Position numbers and translations under genes: made by a program. A model generated the notes under the pieces. It was not told the DNA's origin. It ran no database searches and saw only the letters and a list, made by a program, of their open reading frames with translations. From Myxococcota bacterium (GTDB lineage: Bacteria; Myxococcota_A; Polyangia; Nannocystales; Nannocystaceae), in the NCBI GenBank assembly GCA_039028615.1, contig JBCCHT010000073.1, positions 1 to 33,419 of the forward strand: DNA of 33,419 nucleotides. The letters are read 5' to 3'. Shown piece by piece: positions 8,068-18,019 of the stretch (its first letter is position 1; every line of letters starts with the position of its first letter).

Positions 8068-8279
8068 GCTTCGCGGCTCTCACGTTCAGCTTCAGCGGAC
8101 CTGTGCTCGAGCATCACTCGAAGGAGGCACACGGGGTGGCTCGACTGTTCCGGTGACGATCGTTCCGGTGACACGCACTGATCATTGTGTGAACGACCCG
8201 TCATCACGGGACTCGCAACGACTCCGATGCGTCGTCAGACCGTGACAAGCGTCGAAACGCGAGGCTAGTGTAGTCGGCC

Positions 8280-8957
8280 ATGGTTTACTGGATTCGCTCG
8301 ATCTCCTGGGGAGCGACGTTGACCTGCGTCGCCGCCCTCGCAGCCTGTTTCTCGCCGCCGCCCAGTGATGGTGACGACGGCTCTTCGGGGAACGCGGCCA
8401 ACGTGTGCGTGCCAGGCGAGACCCAGAACTGCGTGTGCATCGGGAGCGAGCAAGGGGTCCAAGCCTGCAACGACGAGGGCAGCGGATACGGTTCGTGCGA
8501 ATGTCCCCAAGACGACTCGAGCGGTGCAACGTCGACGCCGACTCCGGGCGAGGACACGACGACCAGCACGGGGCCCGGGGGAGACAGCAGCGATGGAGCG
8601 GGCGATACCACGACCGGCGCGGCAGAGAGCACGGGCGCCGATACGGCGACGCTGCCCCGCTACGAGGGTCCCTACGGTCACTGCTTCGATGGCATGTGCG
8701 AGCACCCGCAGGAGACGTGTTTCCCGGTCCCGGTGGGAATCGAAGCGAGTGTCTGCACCATCCTCGGCTGCAACGACATCAACGATTGTCCCCCGCTCGA
8801 CGCGGGGAGCAACGGGAATGTGGAATGCGCGACGGTCGAGGCGATCGGGATGTCGGGCTGCGTGCTGACCTGCGAGACCGACGACGACTGCTTGCCGGAG
8901 GCGACCTGCATCGGAATCGATGTCGACCTCTCGGTCTGCGTCTGGGCCGTGGGCTAG
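8280..8957 (+). CDS. Cys-rich myxobacterial-type lipoprotein
   Basis: Lipobox LAA-C, a CVPGETQNCVC..GVQAC module, an S/T/G/D linker and a C-terminal Cys-rich module. Confidence 0.8.
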   Translation: MVYWIRSISWGATLTCVAALAACFSPPPSDGDDGSSGNAANVCVPGETQNCVCIGSEQGVQACNDEGSGYGSCECPQDDSSGATSTPTPGEDTTTSTGPGGDSSDGAGDTTTGAAESTGADTATLPRYEGPYGHCFDGMCEHPQETCFPVPVGIEASVCTILGCNDINDCPPLDAGSNGNVECATVEAIGMSGCVLTCETDDDCLPEATCIGIDVDLSVCVWAVG

Positions 8958-8972
8958 GCGACGAGCGACGGT

Positions 8973-9728
8973 TCAGGCGCGCTGTTCGTGCGCGACCAAG
9001 ACCTTCTCCACTCGCCCCAGGGCCTCACGAACCCGCTGGGCGATGCCGCCGGGTGGATCGTCGGCGACGGGGGCGAGCTTGGCGTGCGCCGTACAGACCT
9101 GCCGCACGCTGTCGCAACGAGCGATGAACTCCTCGGCCCACGTGCGGAAGTCGGCAGTGGCTCCGGGCCTCCGCTCGAGCACGCCCTTGAGCGAGGGGTG
9201 AAAGGCGAGCCGGTTGCCGAGCGGGAAGGGCATCCAGTTGAGGGTGTCGTCGACGTGCAGGGTGGCGCTGGGTTTGTGAAAGGCGAGCACGGAGGCGAAG
9301 TGGAGGTTCTCGTTGCTCGGGATGAAGTCGACGCCGCGCGGGACCATGAAGTCGAAGTCGTCGGCGAATAGCGCGGCGAAGGCTGCGGTCTCGGTGCGCT
9401 CGGGCTCCCAGCTCATGTCGGCGAACCGCGAGTGGTGGCGCGCGGTGCCGTAGTGCTTGGCGTTGGGGAAGAGCTTGGCCATGGGCTCGATGTGTAGGGT
9501 GTGGAAGGGGTGGAGGTTGATGACGGCCTCCACCGCTTTGCCCCCGTCGGTGAGTCGGAGCACCTCGTCGGCGGTGGGCCCCTCGAGGGTGTAGCTGTCG
9601 AGCATGACGAACCCCCCGGAGCCCAGTCGTACCAGCGACGCCTGCGTGCCCACGTCGAGCAAACCGAGGATCTTGAAGCTGCCGCGGATGTTCCAGAAGC
9701 CGTCCGCAATCTCGTGGATTCGAGCCAT
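8973..9728 (-). CDS. Metallo-beta-lactamase-fold-like hypothetical protein (DUF4336-like)
   Basis: Motifs FWNIRGSF, LVRLGSGGFVMLDS, INLHPFHTLH and FHKPSATLHVDD. Good coding frame. Confidence 0.6.
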   Translation of the reverse strand: MARIHEIADGFWNIRGSFKILGLLDVGTQASLVRLGSGGFVMLDSYTLEGPTADEVLRLTDGGKAVEAVINLHPFHTLHIEPMAKLFPNAKHYGTARHHSRFADMSWEPERTETAAFAALFADDFDFMVPRGVDFIPSNENLHFASVLAFHKPSATLHVDDTLNWMPFPLGNRLAFHPSLKGVLERRPGATADFRTWAEEFIARCDSVRQVCTAHAKLAPVADDPPGGIAQRVREALGRVEKVLVAHEQRA

Positions 9729-9873
9729 GGTCAGGACTGACTAGCGCGCATTGGGGGCGCGCGCACGGCCCAATCGAGACTCGGCGTCCACGGCCTCGAA
9801 TTGTCGCGTTGCCCTCGGAGCGGCGCCGGGCGGCAGCCGTGCGCGGGAGGCTCGGAGGTGGGAGCGCGTCGCG

Positions 9874-10839
9874 CTAGCTGGGCGGGGTCGAGGCGTCGCG
9901 GGCGAGCTTGCTCATCTTGCTGCGAACCCACTTCTTCATGGCCTTGGAGCTCGGACCGCTGTCGGAGCTAGGCGCGTAGTTCGGACCGGAGACGACGGAG
10001 CGAGGGCAGCTCGGCCGCCCCTGGAAGGTCTTTTCGGCGAGGGCTTCGCGCGTGAAGCGGTCGATGATCTGGATCGTCTCGTCGTGCGCGGTGGCGGTGA
10101 AGTCCGGGGCTCCGACGTAGCCGGTGCAGCGCTTCGTCCGGTTGTTGGGGATCGCGGTCACGGTGGTCACGAAGCGAACGTCAGCGACGGTGCCGGCGGT
10201 GCCCAGGGCCGCGAAGCCGCTGCCGTGAACCCACGCGACGGCCGCAGGAACCTCTCCCGCGGGCGGCCCGTCTTCCCCTGGCCACATGGACTTGCCCTGG
10301 GCGATCTGCTCGAACCGACCATCGATCAGGTTGGAGGCCGGCAGCGGGGGAGAGACCTCTTCGACGGGCTCGTACCCGGGCAGCGTGACCGTGAACGGGA
10401 TCTTCCAGTCGACCTTCACCAGCTCGATGAAGCGCTCCTTTTGAAAGGTCTCCCACTTCTCGTTCGCCAGCTGGGTATCGACCGGGACCAACAGCTGATG
10501 GCTCTTGGGCTCGTCGATCACCTCGTACTTCAGCCCCGAGCATTCGAGCACCGTTCCCACGGGGAGCTTGATGGCGTCCAGTCGCAGCGCGCCGTCGAAC
10601 AACGACAGCCGAACCTCTGCCCCATAGGGGAGCGACTCCACCTCGAAGCGGAGATAGGCCATGCCCATGTGCGTCCACTTGGTCTTCGGCGCGGGCTGAA
10701 GTTTGACCGGCGGGGGCTCGGCTCGCGGGGCAGGGGTCTCGGCCTCGTCTTCGAGCGCCAGGTAGGCCTCGACGAGGAAGCACCCGAGGTTGCCCGCCAG
10801 CAGGGGGGCGAGCAGCGCAAGCTTGTACGGCCGCAACAT
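9874..10839 (-). CDS. Hypothetical lipoprotein
   Basis: The ATG at 10839 gives MLRPYKLALLAPLLAGNLG-C (lipobox). The longer ORF upstream overlaps the kinase gene. Confidence 0.7.
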   Translation of the reverse strand: MLRPYKLALLAPLLAGNLGCFLVEAYLALEDEAETPAPRAEPPPVKLQPAPKTKWTHMGMAYLRFEVESLPYGAEVRLSLFDGALRLDAIKLPVGTVLECSGLKYEVIDEPKSHQLLVPVDTQLANEKWETFQKERFIELVKVDWKIPFTVTLPGYEPVEEVSPPLPASNLIDGRFEQIAQGKSMWPGEDGPPAGEVPAAVAWVHGSGFAALGTAGTVADVRFVTTVTAIPNNRTKRCTGYVGAPDFTATAHDETIQIIDRFTREALAEKTFQGRPSCPRSVVSGPNYAPSSDSGPSSKAMKKWVRSKMSKLARDASTPPS

Positions 10840-10967
10840 GCATCGCAGCCTAGACGATCTCGTCGTGCTTCGCCGGGGCCCGGCGCCGAGAGCTTGGTTT
10901 TCGCCCGGCGTTTGAGCCGATTGGTCACCGGCTGTCTGGCCCGCCGCGAAGGGGCCCGAGCGTTCGC

Positions 10968-13073
10968 CTACTTCTTCGGAGCTTCGTCGGCCGGGACGAG
11001 CGCCGGGTTCGCGGCGCAGCGGAATCCGATGCCGTGGTTGTGGGCCTTGGGATCCGAGGGAAAGCGCAGCGCCGGGTTGGCGAACATGGCGTAGGCGCTG
11101 TTGAAGGCGCCACCGCGGATGACCTTGCCCTCCTTGGCGGTCACGCCCTCGGGGTGGTCTTCGTACAGCTCGAAGTCCGAGGCGGTCCACTCGAACACGT
11201 TGCCCACGATGTCCCGGAGGCCGTGCTGCGTGGTGCCCTGGGGAAAGGTGCCCACGGGGGCGGTGCCGTACCATTTGTCGTCGGCGTCGGAGAGCGTGCC
11301 TTCGGGCGGGAGCTTTTGCTGGCGCCGCCACTCCTTGCACTCGGCGTTGCACAGGTTGCCGTGCTCGTGCGTGGGGGGCTCGTCGCCCCACGGGAAGATC
11401 CGCCCGTCCGAGCCGCGCGCGGCGAACTCCCACTCGGCCTCGGTCGGCAAGCGTCCGCCCGCGAACTCGCAGTAGTCGCGAGCCTGGGCCCAGGTGACGC
11501 AGTTGATCGGGTGCTCGCCGCGATCGTCCTTCTCGGTGTTGCACAGCTGGCTGAGCGCCTCGCGGCGTTGGACCCAGTCCTTCTCCTCGAGCGTTCCCTG
11601 CGGCCACAGGGAGTCCTTGAAGGCGCGCTGGCACTCGCCCTTGGCGGAGCACTGCTGAAACTGCGCCGTCGTGACCTCGTCGATCGCGATGCAGTAGGCG
11701 TCGAGGCGCACCTTGTGCGGGGGGCGAGCGGTCTGGAGCGCACGATTGTCGGGATCGTCCGTGCCCATGAAGAACGAGCCCGCGTCGACCAGGACCATGC
11801 CGTCGGTGCACGTGGGCACGGTGGGAACGGGAGCCGGGGGAGCCTTGGGTGTCTCCGCGGCGGCGGCGGCGGGCTCGGTGTTCGACGCCGATGCGGCGGC
11901 GGGCTTCGGATCCTCGGTGGGGCCCTTCGTTGCGAACCATACGCCTCCACCCACGAGGGCCAAGCCCGCGAGGGTGGCCGCGACGGCGACGCCCGTCTTG
12001 GACGAGCCTTGGCTCGGTGCGGCGGCGGGCTCGTCGACGCCCGTGTTGGGCGGGAGGTTCGCGGTGACCGGGGCGGGGGTGTAGCCGGGTTGTGACGGGG
12101 CCCCGGCTTGCGGGGGCGAGCTGACCACCTGATCGGTCGAGATGGCGGCGATGGCCGCTGAAAGCTCCTGCGCGGTGGCGTAGCGCTCGTCGGGCTCCTT
12201 GGCCAGGCTGCGTGCGATGAGCTCGTCGAGGCCGACGGGCAGCGGGTAGGTGGCGACCGAGCTGGCTCGCGGCGGCGGTGCGGTCAGGTGCTTGGCCAGC
12301 AGCTCCATCGGTGAGCCGGAGGTGAACGGCAGCTGGCCGGTGACCATTTCGAAGAGCATGACGCCCACCGCGTACAGGTCGGTGCGGGCGTCGACGTCGG
12401 CGGCGGCCCGGGCTTGCTCGGGGGCCATGTACTCGGCGGTGCCCATGATGGTGCCCGCCTTGGTCAGCCGCTCCCCTTCTTCTTGCTCGGGGCTCGAGAT
12501 CCTCGCGATGCCGAAGTCGAGGACCTTGATGAAATCGGGGTCGTTGTTCTTGGTGAAGCGCAGACAGTTGGCCGGCTTGATGTCGCGGTGAACGATTCCC
12601 CGCTCGTGGGCGGCCCCCAGGGCGCTCAGCAGCTGACTGAGGATGTGCTGCACTCGGGGCCAGGCCAGCGGCTTCTCCCGCTTGAGGGTCGCGGCCAGGT
12701 CCTCACCCTCGAGGTACTCCATGACGAAGTACGCACACCCCTGCGGCGAGTGCCCGAAGTCGGTGATGTCCACGACGTTGTCGTGCCGGATCTTCGACGC
12801 CGCCTTGGCCTCTTCGAGGAAGCGATTGTTGAGGCTGGGATTGTGGCGGTGCTGGTACGCGAGCACCTTGACCGCCACGTCTTTTTCGATCGTGCGATGC
12901 AGGCCCTGGTAGACCTCGCCCATGCCACCCACGCCCAGCAAGCGCTTGAGCTCGTAGCGATCGAGGCCCGTGGTCAGCAGCGACTCGACGTGCTCACCCG
13001 TGGCGGGGTCCCCACCGGGATTCGCGGGGGGACCGGATCCATTGCCTGCACCGGGGGTCCAAACCGAAGTCAC
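10968..13073 (-). CDS. Membrane-anchored Ser/Thr protein kinase with a C-terminal FGE-sulfatase (SUMF1) domain
   Basis: Kinase motifs GVGGMGEV, VAVK, HRDIKPAN, DFG and YMAPEQ. A TM helix follows, then the FGE motifs EVTTAQF, PINCVTW, RLPTEAEWEFAARG, GNVFEW, RGG and IGFRC. Confidence 0.93.
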   Translation of the reverse strand: MTSVWTPGAGNGSGPPANPGGDPATGEHVESLLTTGLDRYELKRLLGVGGMGEVYQGLHRTIEKDVAVKVLAYQHRHNPSLNNRFLEEAKAASKIRHDNVVDITDFGHSPQGCAYFVMEYLEGEDLAATLKREKPLAWPRVQHILSQLLSALGAAHERGIVHRDIKPANCLRFTKNNDPDFIKVLDFGIARISSPEQEEGERLTKAGTIMGTAEYMAPEQARAAADVDARTDLYAVGVMLFEMVTGQLPFTSGSPMELLAKHLTAPPPRASSVATYPLPVGLDELIARSLAKEPDERYATAQELSAAIAAISTDQVVSSPPQAGAPSQPGYTPAPVTANLPPNTGVDEPAAAPSQGSSKTGVAVAATLAGLALVGGGVWFATKGPTEDPKPAAASASNTEPAAAAAETPKAPPAPVPTVPTCTDGMVLVDAGSFFMGTDDPDNRALQTARPPHKVRLDAYCIAIDEVTTAQFQQCSAKGECQRAFKDSLWPQGTLEEKDWVQRREALSQLCNTEKDDRGEHPINCVTWAQARDYCEFAGGRLPTEAEWEFAARGSDGRIFPWGDEPPTHEHGNLCNAECKEWRRQQKLPPEGTLSDADDKWYGTAPVGTFPQGTTQHGLRDIVGNVFEWTASDFELYEDHPEGVTAKEGKVIRGGAFNSAYAMFANPALRFPSDPKAHNHGIGFRCAANPALVPADEAPKK

Positions 13074-13317
13074 GGTACAGAGGGTACGGCGAATCGACCC
13101 GGCGGTTGGCCGAATCGCCGACGGGCGGGGCCGTACCGTCGATTTCGAGGGATTGCGTGCGCGCCCCCTACGCGATTCGGCGCGCTCGACTTCGAGGATA
13201 AGTGAGTGATTCCAAAGGTTTGAGGTGTCCGCCCTCTCCGTGCGGCCTGCGGCACCGCGGTGGGCCCCCGAGACGAACTGTCGGTGCGCCTCCGGTGCCG
13301 CCGCGGGGAGTGGCCCC

Positions 13318-14958
13318 TCATTCCTGATGCGGCAGGTACACGGAAAGCTCCAGCGTGGTCCCGCTGCATCCCGGCTGACCGCCGTCCTCCCCCAGCGTGG
13401 CGTAGGGGACGTAGGCCCAGGCGATTTCTCCCGAGCCGAGGGACGTCCACGTGTCCTGGTCGCCCCAGCCCGCGGTGCCCAAGCTCATCGTCTCGGTGAG
13501 CGGGTGGCCTTCGCCGTCGATCTCGACGACGTGGTACTCGGACGGGATCATGAATTCGGGAGCGCCGCGGAAGGGCTCGTCGGCACTCCCGAGCTCGTAC
13601 AGGTCGGCATAGCCCAACAGGTAGCGATCCTCGTCGAGGATCGAGAGCTGGGCGTGCCCGAGGTACCGTTCGTCGCTGGACACGATCCAGTCGATGGGAT
13701 CGGCGAGGCGTCCGATCGTGCCGTCGAAATGCGCCAGCCCCACTCGAGTGGGGTCGTTGAACTCCCAGTCTTCAGACAGCTCGGGGCTCCCGATGAGCAC
13801 GCCCAAGAAGTCTCCGTTGGGGAGCGGCCGCAGCACCTGCACCGCACCGTTGCGCCGCTCGCCACCCGCGGCGACATGAAATTGGTTGTCGTCGCTGTCG
13901 CCCATCGATTCCGTTCGGAACCACAGCCCGCGGTAGCCGGGCTCTTGGGCGGCGTTGTAGTCGGTGTTGCACCAGATGGCGTACTGCTGGGTCGCGGGGT
14001 TGTAGGTCGGCCGATTGAAGTCCGTGTGACCCCGTCCGCAGGCCCATGTGTAGCCGCGCCCCTCGGCGATCTCGTACTCGGAGGAGCGGTCGATCACGAG
14101 GAACGCGTCGGCCACGTGCCGCGAGCCGCCGCCCGTGGACGAGCGCACGCCGTAGCCGTAGCTGTCGTCGTTCTCGCCGTTGACGAGGTAGTAGTTCCCG
14201 AGGCCGCGGGCGCGGGTGAGCGGACCGATGCCCTTGTGCACGACGTACTTGTCGGGGGGCTCGGAGAGCGGGAGGTTGTCCGTCCACTCGTACAGCCACA
14301 TCTCGTCGTTGTAGTCGACGTGCGCCTCGGAGGGCTCGCCGCCAATGGGGCCGGGTTGATCGATGTCGTCTGCGCCCGAGAACCCGACGACGAGGTCCTT
14401 GGTGAACGGCTCGGTCTCCGAGGTGAAGTGCGGCCGACGGCAGAGGGTGGCGACCGTGGAACAGTCGGACGAAACGACGATGCCGTGGGCGTCGAGACAG
14501 TCGGTGTTGTGGACCTCGTTGCCGGTCAGCGAGAAACTGCCGGTCGCGGGATCCATCGTCGTTTCGAAGATGACCTGCGAGTCTCCATTGAGGGCGTCGA
14601 CCGGGTGGGTTCGAACGTGTCCCGAGTCGACGGGGACCGACACGAACAGGTGGCGGATGCCGTCGGGGTCCACACAGCCGGCGCTATACATGCGCTCGGG
14701 GACGATCGAGGAGTTTCGCTGGGAGATGACCCGCATCGCTCCGTCGTGCTCGCATGTCGACTGGAGCCCGAATGGAATCTCGACGATGCTCCGCACGATC
14801 TCGCCGACCTGGCCGGTGGGCGGCGGTTCGGAGGTGTCGGTCGAGCCCGTCGGCGCGGTGGGATCGTCGGACGCTCCCGCCGCGTCGTCCCCGTTGCAAC
14901 CCAACCCGGGCAGGCTCAGCGCGACGATACCGATCAACATTCCATAGCGAGACGACAT
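13318..14958 (-). CDS. Acidic hypothetical lipoprotein, probably beta-rich
   Basis: Signal MSSRYGMLIGIVALSLPGLG-C, 546-aa open frame. Confidence 0.7.
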   Translation of the reverse strand: MSSRYGMLIGIVALSLPGLGCNGDDAAGASDDPTAPTGSTDTSEPPPTGQVGEIVRSIVEIPFGLQSTCEHDGAMRVISQRNSSIVPERMYSAGCVDPDGIRHLFVSVPVDSGHVRTHPVDALNGDSQVIFETTMDPATGSFSLTGNEVHNTDCLDAHGIVVSSDCSTVATLCRRPHFTSETEPFTKDLVVGFSGADDIDQPGPIGGEPSEAHVDYNDEMWLYEWTDNLPLSEPPDKYVVHKGIGPLTRARGLGNYYLVNGENDDSYGYGVRSSTGGGSRHVADAFLVIDRSSEYEIAEGRGYTWACGRGHTDFNRPTYNPATQQYAIWCNTDYNAAQEPGYRGLWFRTESMGDSDDNQFHVAAGGERRNGAVQVLRPLPNGDFLGVLIGSPELSEDWEFNDPTRVGLAHFDGTIGRLADPIDWIVSSDERYLGHAQLSILDEDRYLLGYADLYELGSADEPFRGAPEFMIPSEYHVVEIDGEGHPLTETMSLGTAGWGDQDTWTSLGSGEIAWAYVPYATLGEDGGQPGCSGTTLELSVYLPHQE

Positions 14959-15086
14959 GCATCGATGAACGTAGCAGCCGAGAAGAGGTCGAGGGTCGAT
15001 GGAGATCGATCGAGGGACGGCTGCCTTCGTATGCGCGGTGACGATCGTCTCAGCGCTTCGTCGACCTTACGCTGAGAACGTATATG

Positions 15087-15108
15087 CAGCCCCCGATGCT
15101 GGGGGCTG
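15087..15108. terminator. GC-rich hairpin downstream of the Cys-rich gene
   Basis: CAGCCCCC-GATGCT-GGGGGCTG with no strong U-tract. A second hairpin (CTCAGCG...CGCTGAG) lies at about 15049-15076. Confidence 0.4.
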
Positions 15109-15163
15109 AATGCCGCGAACCACTTGTGGTGAAGCGTGCGAGGAGTCGGAGACGGGTCGTGCC

Positions 15164-16327
15164 CTACAGGGGCACGCCGTTGACCATGAACACGTCGTCG
15201 ATCCACACCGTGTCGGCGCCCGTGTTCACGCTGCCGTCCTTGTCGTAGCGCCACTCGAAGGTGTGCACGCCCGCAGTGACTGGCTGGATGTGCTCGACCG
15301 GGCCGCCGGTCCCGGACCAGCCCGCCTCCTGCACCCCGTCGACGAAGAAGAACAGGTCGTCGCAGCAGGACTCGGTGCTCTCGCGGTGGAAGAACCGCAT
15401 CTCGCCCGCCACGGCGAAGTTACCGGTGATGGTGAGGGTGGAGAGCTGGTTGTGGGTGATCGGCCCGCTGTGCGCGGAGAACATGCCCGCGATGGGGTTG
15501 TTGTTGTCGACCTCCCAGCCCTGCGTGCCACCGATGGAGAACTCGGGGGGGACCATGGGGCCGCCCTCGAAGTCCTGGGTGTACTGGCCGCCCTCGCAGC
15601 CGCTGGCGTCGTAGGCACAGGTGGGGATGTGGCAGCCGAGCTCGCCGCTGTCGAAGCCGAGCGACGTACAGGTCTGGCCGCCGAGGTCGATGCCATCGCA
15701 CTGCTCGGGTCCGGCCATGATGCCGTCGCCGCAGATGGAGCAGTCGGAGACGTCGTAGAGGCAGTCGCCGCCGCAGGACACGGTGCCCGCCTGGAAGCCG
15801 AGCGTCTCGCAGGTGACGTCCTCGGGGACGGTGCCCTCGCAGTCCTCGGCGAGGTCGACGATGTCGTTGCCGCAGATGAAGCAGCCGAGCGTGTTGAAGC
15901 CCTCGCAGGTCAGCAGGCAGCCGAGCTGTCCGCCCTGGTGGCCCAGCGACTGGCAGGTCTCGCCCGCCAGCTGGGACAGGTCGCAGATCTCGTCGCCCTC
16001 GATCACGTTGTTGCCGCAGATCGAGATCTCGCCCGAGGAGGCACCGTCGCCGCCCGTGCTGTCGCCACCCGTGCTGCTGGTGGCCGCCGCGCTGGTGGAG
16101 CCACCCGAGGTGGACTCGGCCCCGCCCGCGCTCGTGCTGCTCTCTGCCGCTCCGCCCGAGCTCTCCGCAGCCGGCGTGGCTTCGCTGGTGTTCGCGTCGG
16201 TGGTGGCCGGGGTGTCGCTGGTCGAATCGCCTGCGCCGTCGTCACTGGTGGTGTCGTCGGAGGGGCAGCCCGTCATGGCCAGGGGCAGGACGGTCCACAG
16301 GAGCGTTCGGCGAGCAAGGGAAGTCAT
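15164..16327 (-). CDS. Lipoprotein with Myxococcales cysteine-rich repeats and a C-terminal jelly-roll/MAM-like domain
   Basis: Lipobox MTG-C, S/T linker, three CG(N/D)xxxxxxExC(D/E)..TCxxLGxxxGxxxC repeats, then DFEGG...DDLFFFVDG...WIDDV. Confidence 0.85.
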   Translation of the reverse strand: MTSLARRTLLWTVLPLAMTGCPSDDTTSDDGAGDSTSDTPATTDANTSEATPAAESSGGAAESSTSAGGAESTSGGSTSAAATSSTGGDSTGGDGASSGEISICGNNVIEGDEICDLSQLAGETCQSLGHQGGQLGCLLTCEGFNTLGCFICGNDIVDLAEDCEGTVPEDVTCETLGFQAGTVSCGGDCLYDVSDCSICGDGIMAGPEQCDGIDLGGQTCTSLGFDSGELGCHIPTCAYDASGCEGGQYTQDFEGGPMVPPEFSIGGTQGWEVDNNNPIAGMFSAHSGPITHNQLSTLTITGNFAVAGEMRFFHRESTESCCDDLFFFVDGVQEAGWSGTGGPVEHIQPVTAGVHTFEWRYDKDGSVNTGADTVWIDDVFMVNGVPL

Positions 16328-16591
16328 GGCCGAAGGCTAACTCGAAGCGGTCGTGCATCGGGTCGCCGGGAGAGGTGGTCGCTCGTGAGATGGCCAGCGA
16401 ATCGAGGCGACGTTCGCCCGACATCGTCGCTGCGATTCGTACATCTGGCCGCTGGGCATGCTCACGTCGGAACGCTCGCGGACATTGCGCAAGTCCGGGT
16501 TTCTCCGAGCCCGGGGGGTGGTGCCCCTCGCTGGCGTGAAGCTGCGCGGGTCGGTGGCGGGTTCTTTGCGTTCGCGCCACCCTCTTCATCG

Positions 16592-17077
16592 ATGATCCGC
16601 GCGTCCGACCGAGCCCCCCTCGGGACCCGTTTTGCTCTACTTTCTGGTCGCGAGCCGCTGGCGTACTTCAGGAGCGTCGATGGTCTGAACGCGGAGCTAC
16701 GCCAGGGAATCGAGCTGCCCCGCATCGCCGACTCCGCCGCGCTCGCCCGCACCGCACTCGACCCGCTCCCGCGCACCCTCGAGCCGGGCGCACGATGGGA
16801 GGCTCCTCGCGTGGCCTCGGGCATGACCCTGGTGCTTCGGGTCGGCTACATCGTGACCTCGGATCTGCAGGACTGGCTCGAAGCGTGTCGCGACGGTCAA
16901 TACGATCGCCGCGACCTGGCGATCATTCTGAACGACAACGCGGCCAACGAGGTGCGCCGCTGGAACTTGAAGGGGTGCTGGCCCAAGCAGTGGACGCTCG
17001 CGGGCGTGGACGCGAAGCTCCAGTCCACCGTGTTCGAGGTGCTGACGTTGGTCGTCGAGGACATGCAGATCGCCTGA
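16592..17077 (+). CDS. Phage T4 gp19-like / Afp1-Afp5-type contractile tail-tube protein (diverged, orphan)
   Basis: 161 aa from the ATG at 16592 (start uncertain). Pattern RF.L...AYFRSVDGL...LVLRVG...LQDW...RRDLAIILND....VRRWNLKGCWP.QW....DAK..TVFEVLTLVVE is characteristic of this family. Confidence 0.8.
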   Translation: MIRASDRAPLGTRFALLSGREPLAYFRSVDGLNAELRQGIELPRIADSAALARTALDPLPRTLEPGARWEAPRVASGMTLVLRVGYIVTSDLQDWLEACRDGQYDRRDLAIILNDNAANEVRRWNLKGCWPKQWTLAGVDAKLQSTVFEVLTLVVEDMQIA

Positions 17078-17147
17078 GCCCGAGCTTCGATGCGCCGCGA
17101 GATGGGCCGGGCTTGAGTGCATCTCGACTCTTGCTAAAGTCGGCACC

Positions 17148-17798
17148 GTGCGGGGTCGGGATGCCTATATCGTCGTCCGAAACACGGTGCGAGTCCTCCG
17201 TGATTCGAACCGTCTCGATGACATCCTCGAGGTCGGTGAGGTCACGGGGCGTGCGTCGATGCAGCGGGCCGTCCGGCAGCTGCAGGGCATCGAAGAGGGG
17301 CGGCGGTTGCTCGCCGAGCGGCCCGAGCTCAACAGTGCCCACGTCGACCTGGAGACGCTCGCGACGCTGCCCCTCGGCACGGTCGGGCGCCTCTTCGCCG
17401 ATCACGTCGCTCGATACGGTCTCGACATCGACGCGCTCAATGTCCCTGCGCCCACCGACGCGGACTCGGACGAGCGATACCTGCTGCGGCGATATCGTGG
17501 GAACCACGACATCTGGCACACGATGCTCGGGTTGGGCACCGAGGGCCACGAAGAAGTGCTGGTGCACGCGTTCACGTTCGGCCAGCTGCAGTTCCCCATC
17601 TCCACGCTGATCATGCTGTTCGGCACGCTCAAGCACATCGTGCTCGAGGGGCGCTGGGACGTGCTTCGCCATCAGATTCGCGAGACCTACGAGCTGGGTC
17701 GTGCCTGTGATCCGCTGCTCGCCCTGTACTGGGAAGAGCACTGGGAGACGCCGGTCGAAGACTTGCGCGCGCGCGTGGGCCTGCCCGCGACGACGTAG
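17148..17798 (+). CDS. Coq4-family protein
   Basis: LATLPLGTVGR and HDIWHTMLGLGTEGHEE (HDxxH-x11-E metal motif), plus the C-terminal YWEEHWETPVEDLRARVG typical of Coq4-like proteins. Confidence 0.85.
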   Translation: MRGRDAYIVVRNTVRVLRDSNRLDDILEVGEVTGRASMQRAVRQLQGIEEGRRLLAERPELNSAHVDLETLATLPLGTVGRLFADHVARYGLDIDALNVPAPTDADSDERYLLRRYRGNHDIWHTMLGLGTEGHEEVLVHAFTFGQLQFPISTLIMLFGTLKHIVLEGRWDVLRHQIRETYELGRACDPLLALYWEEHWETPVEDLRARVGLPATT

Positions 17799-18019
17799 GT
17801 CGAAGGGCAGACGAGAAGGGCTTCCCCGAGTAGGCGAAGCCGCGGCATGTCGGGCGCACCACCACGGTGGTCGACGACGGGTGGGTCTCGTCTTTCGCGG
17901 CCCCCATGAGTCGGGCATGATGAGTCGTGGGGGATTCGCCCGGCGGTGTCGCTGGGTCCCGCTCGCGTCGAACGACCATCGCCCGTTGTTCCCCAAGCGG
18001 CGGCGTGCGTGGCACGGCC

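Noticed and set aside
10840..11940. N-terminal part of the 688-aa ORF 9874..11940
   Set aside because: An Arg-rich off-frame overlap with the kinase-FGE gene.
15110..16591. 655-aa fusion ending in a tail-tube domain
   Set aside because: Most of the upstream part is the antisense shadow of the Cys-rich lipoprotein gene. The tube-sized ORF from 16592 is more plausible.
16592..17077. Prophage
   Set aside because: Only one tube-like gene. No capsid, terminase, portal, sheath or integrase in the window.
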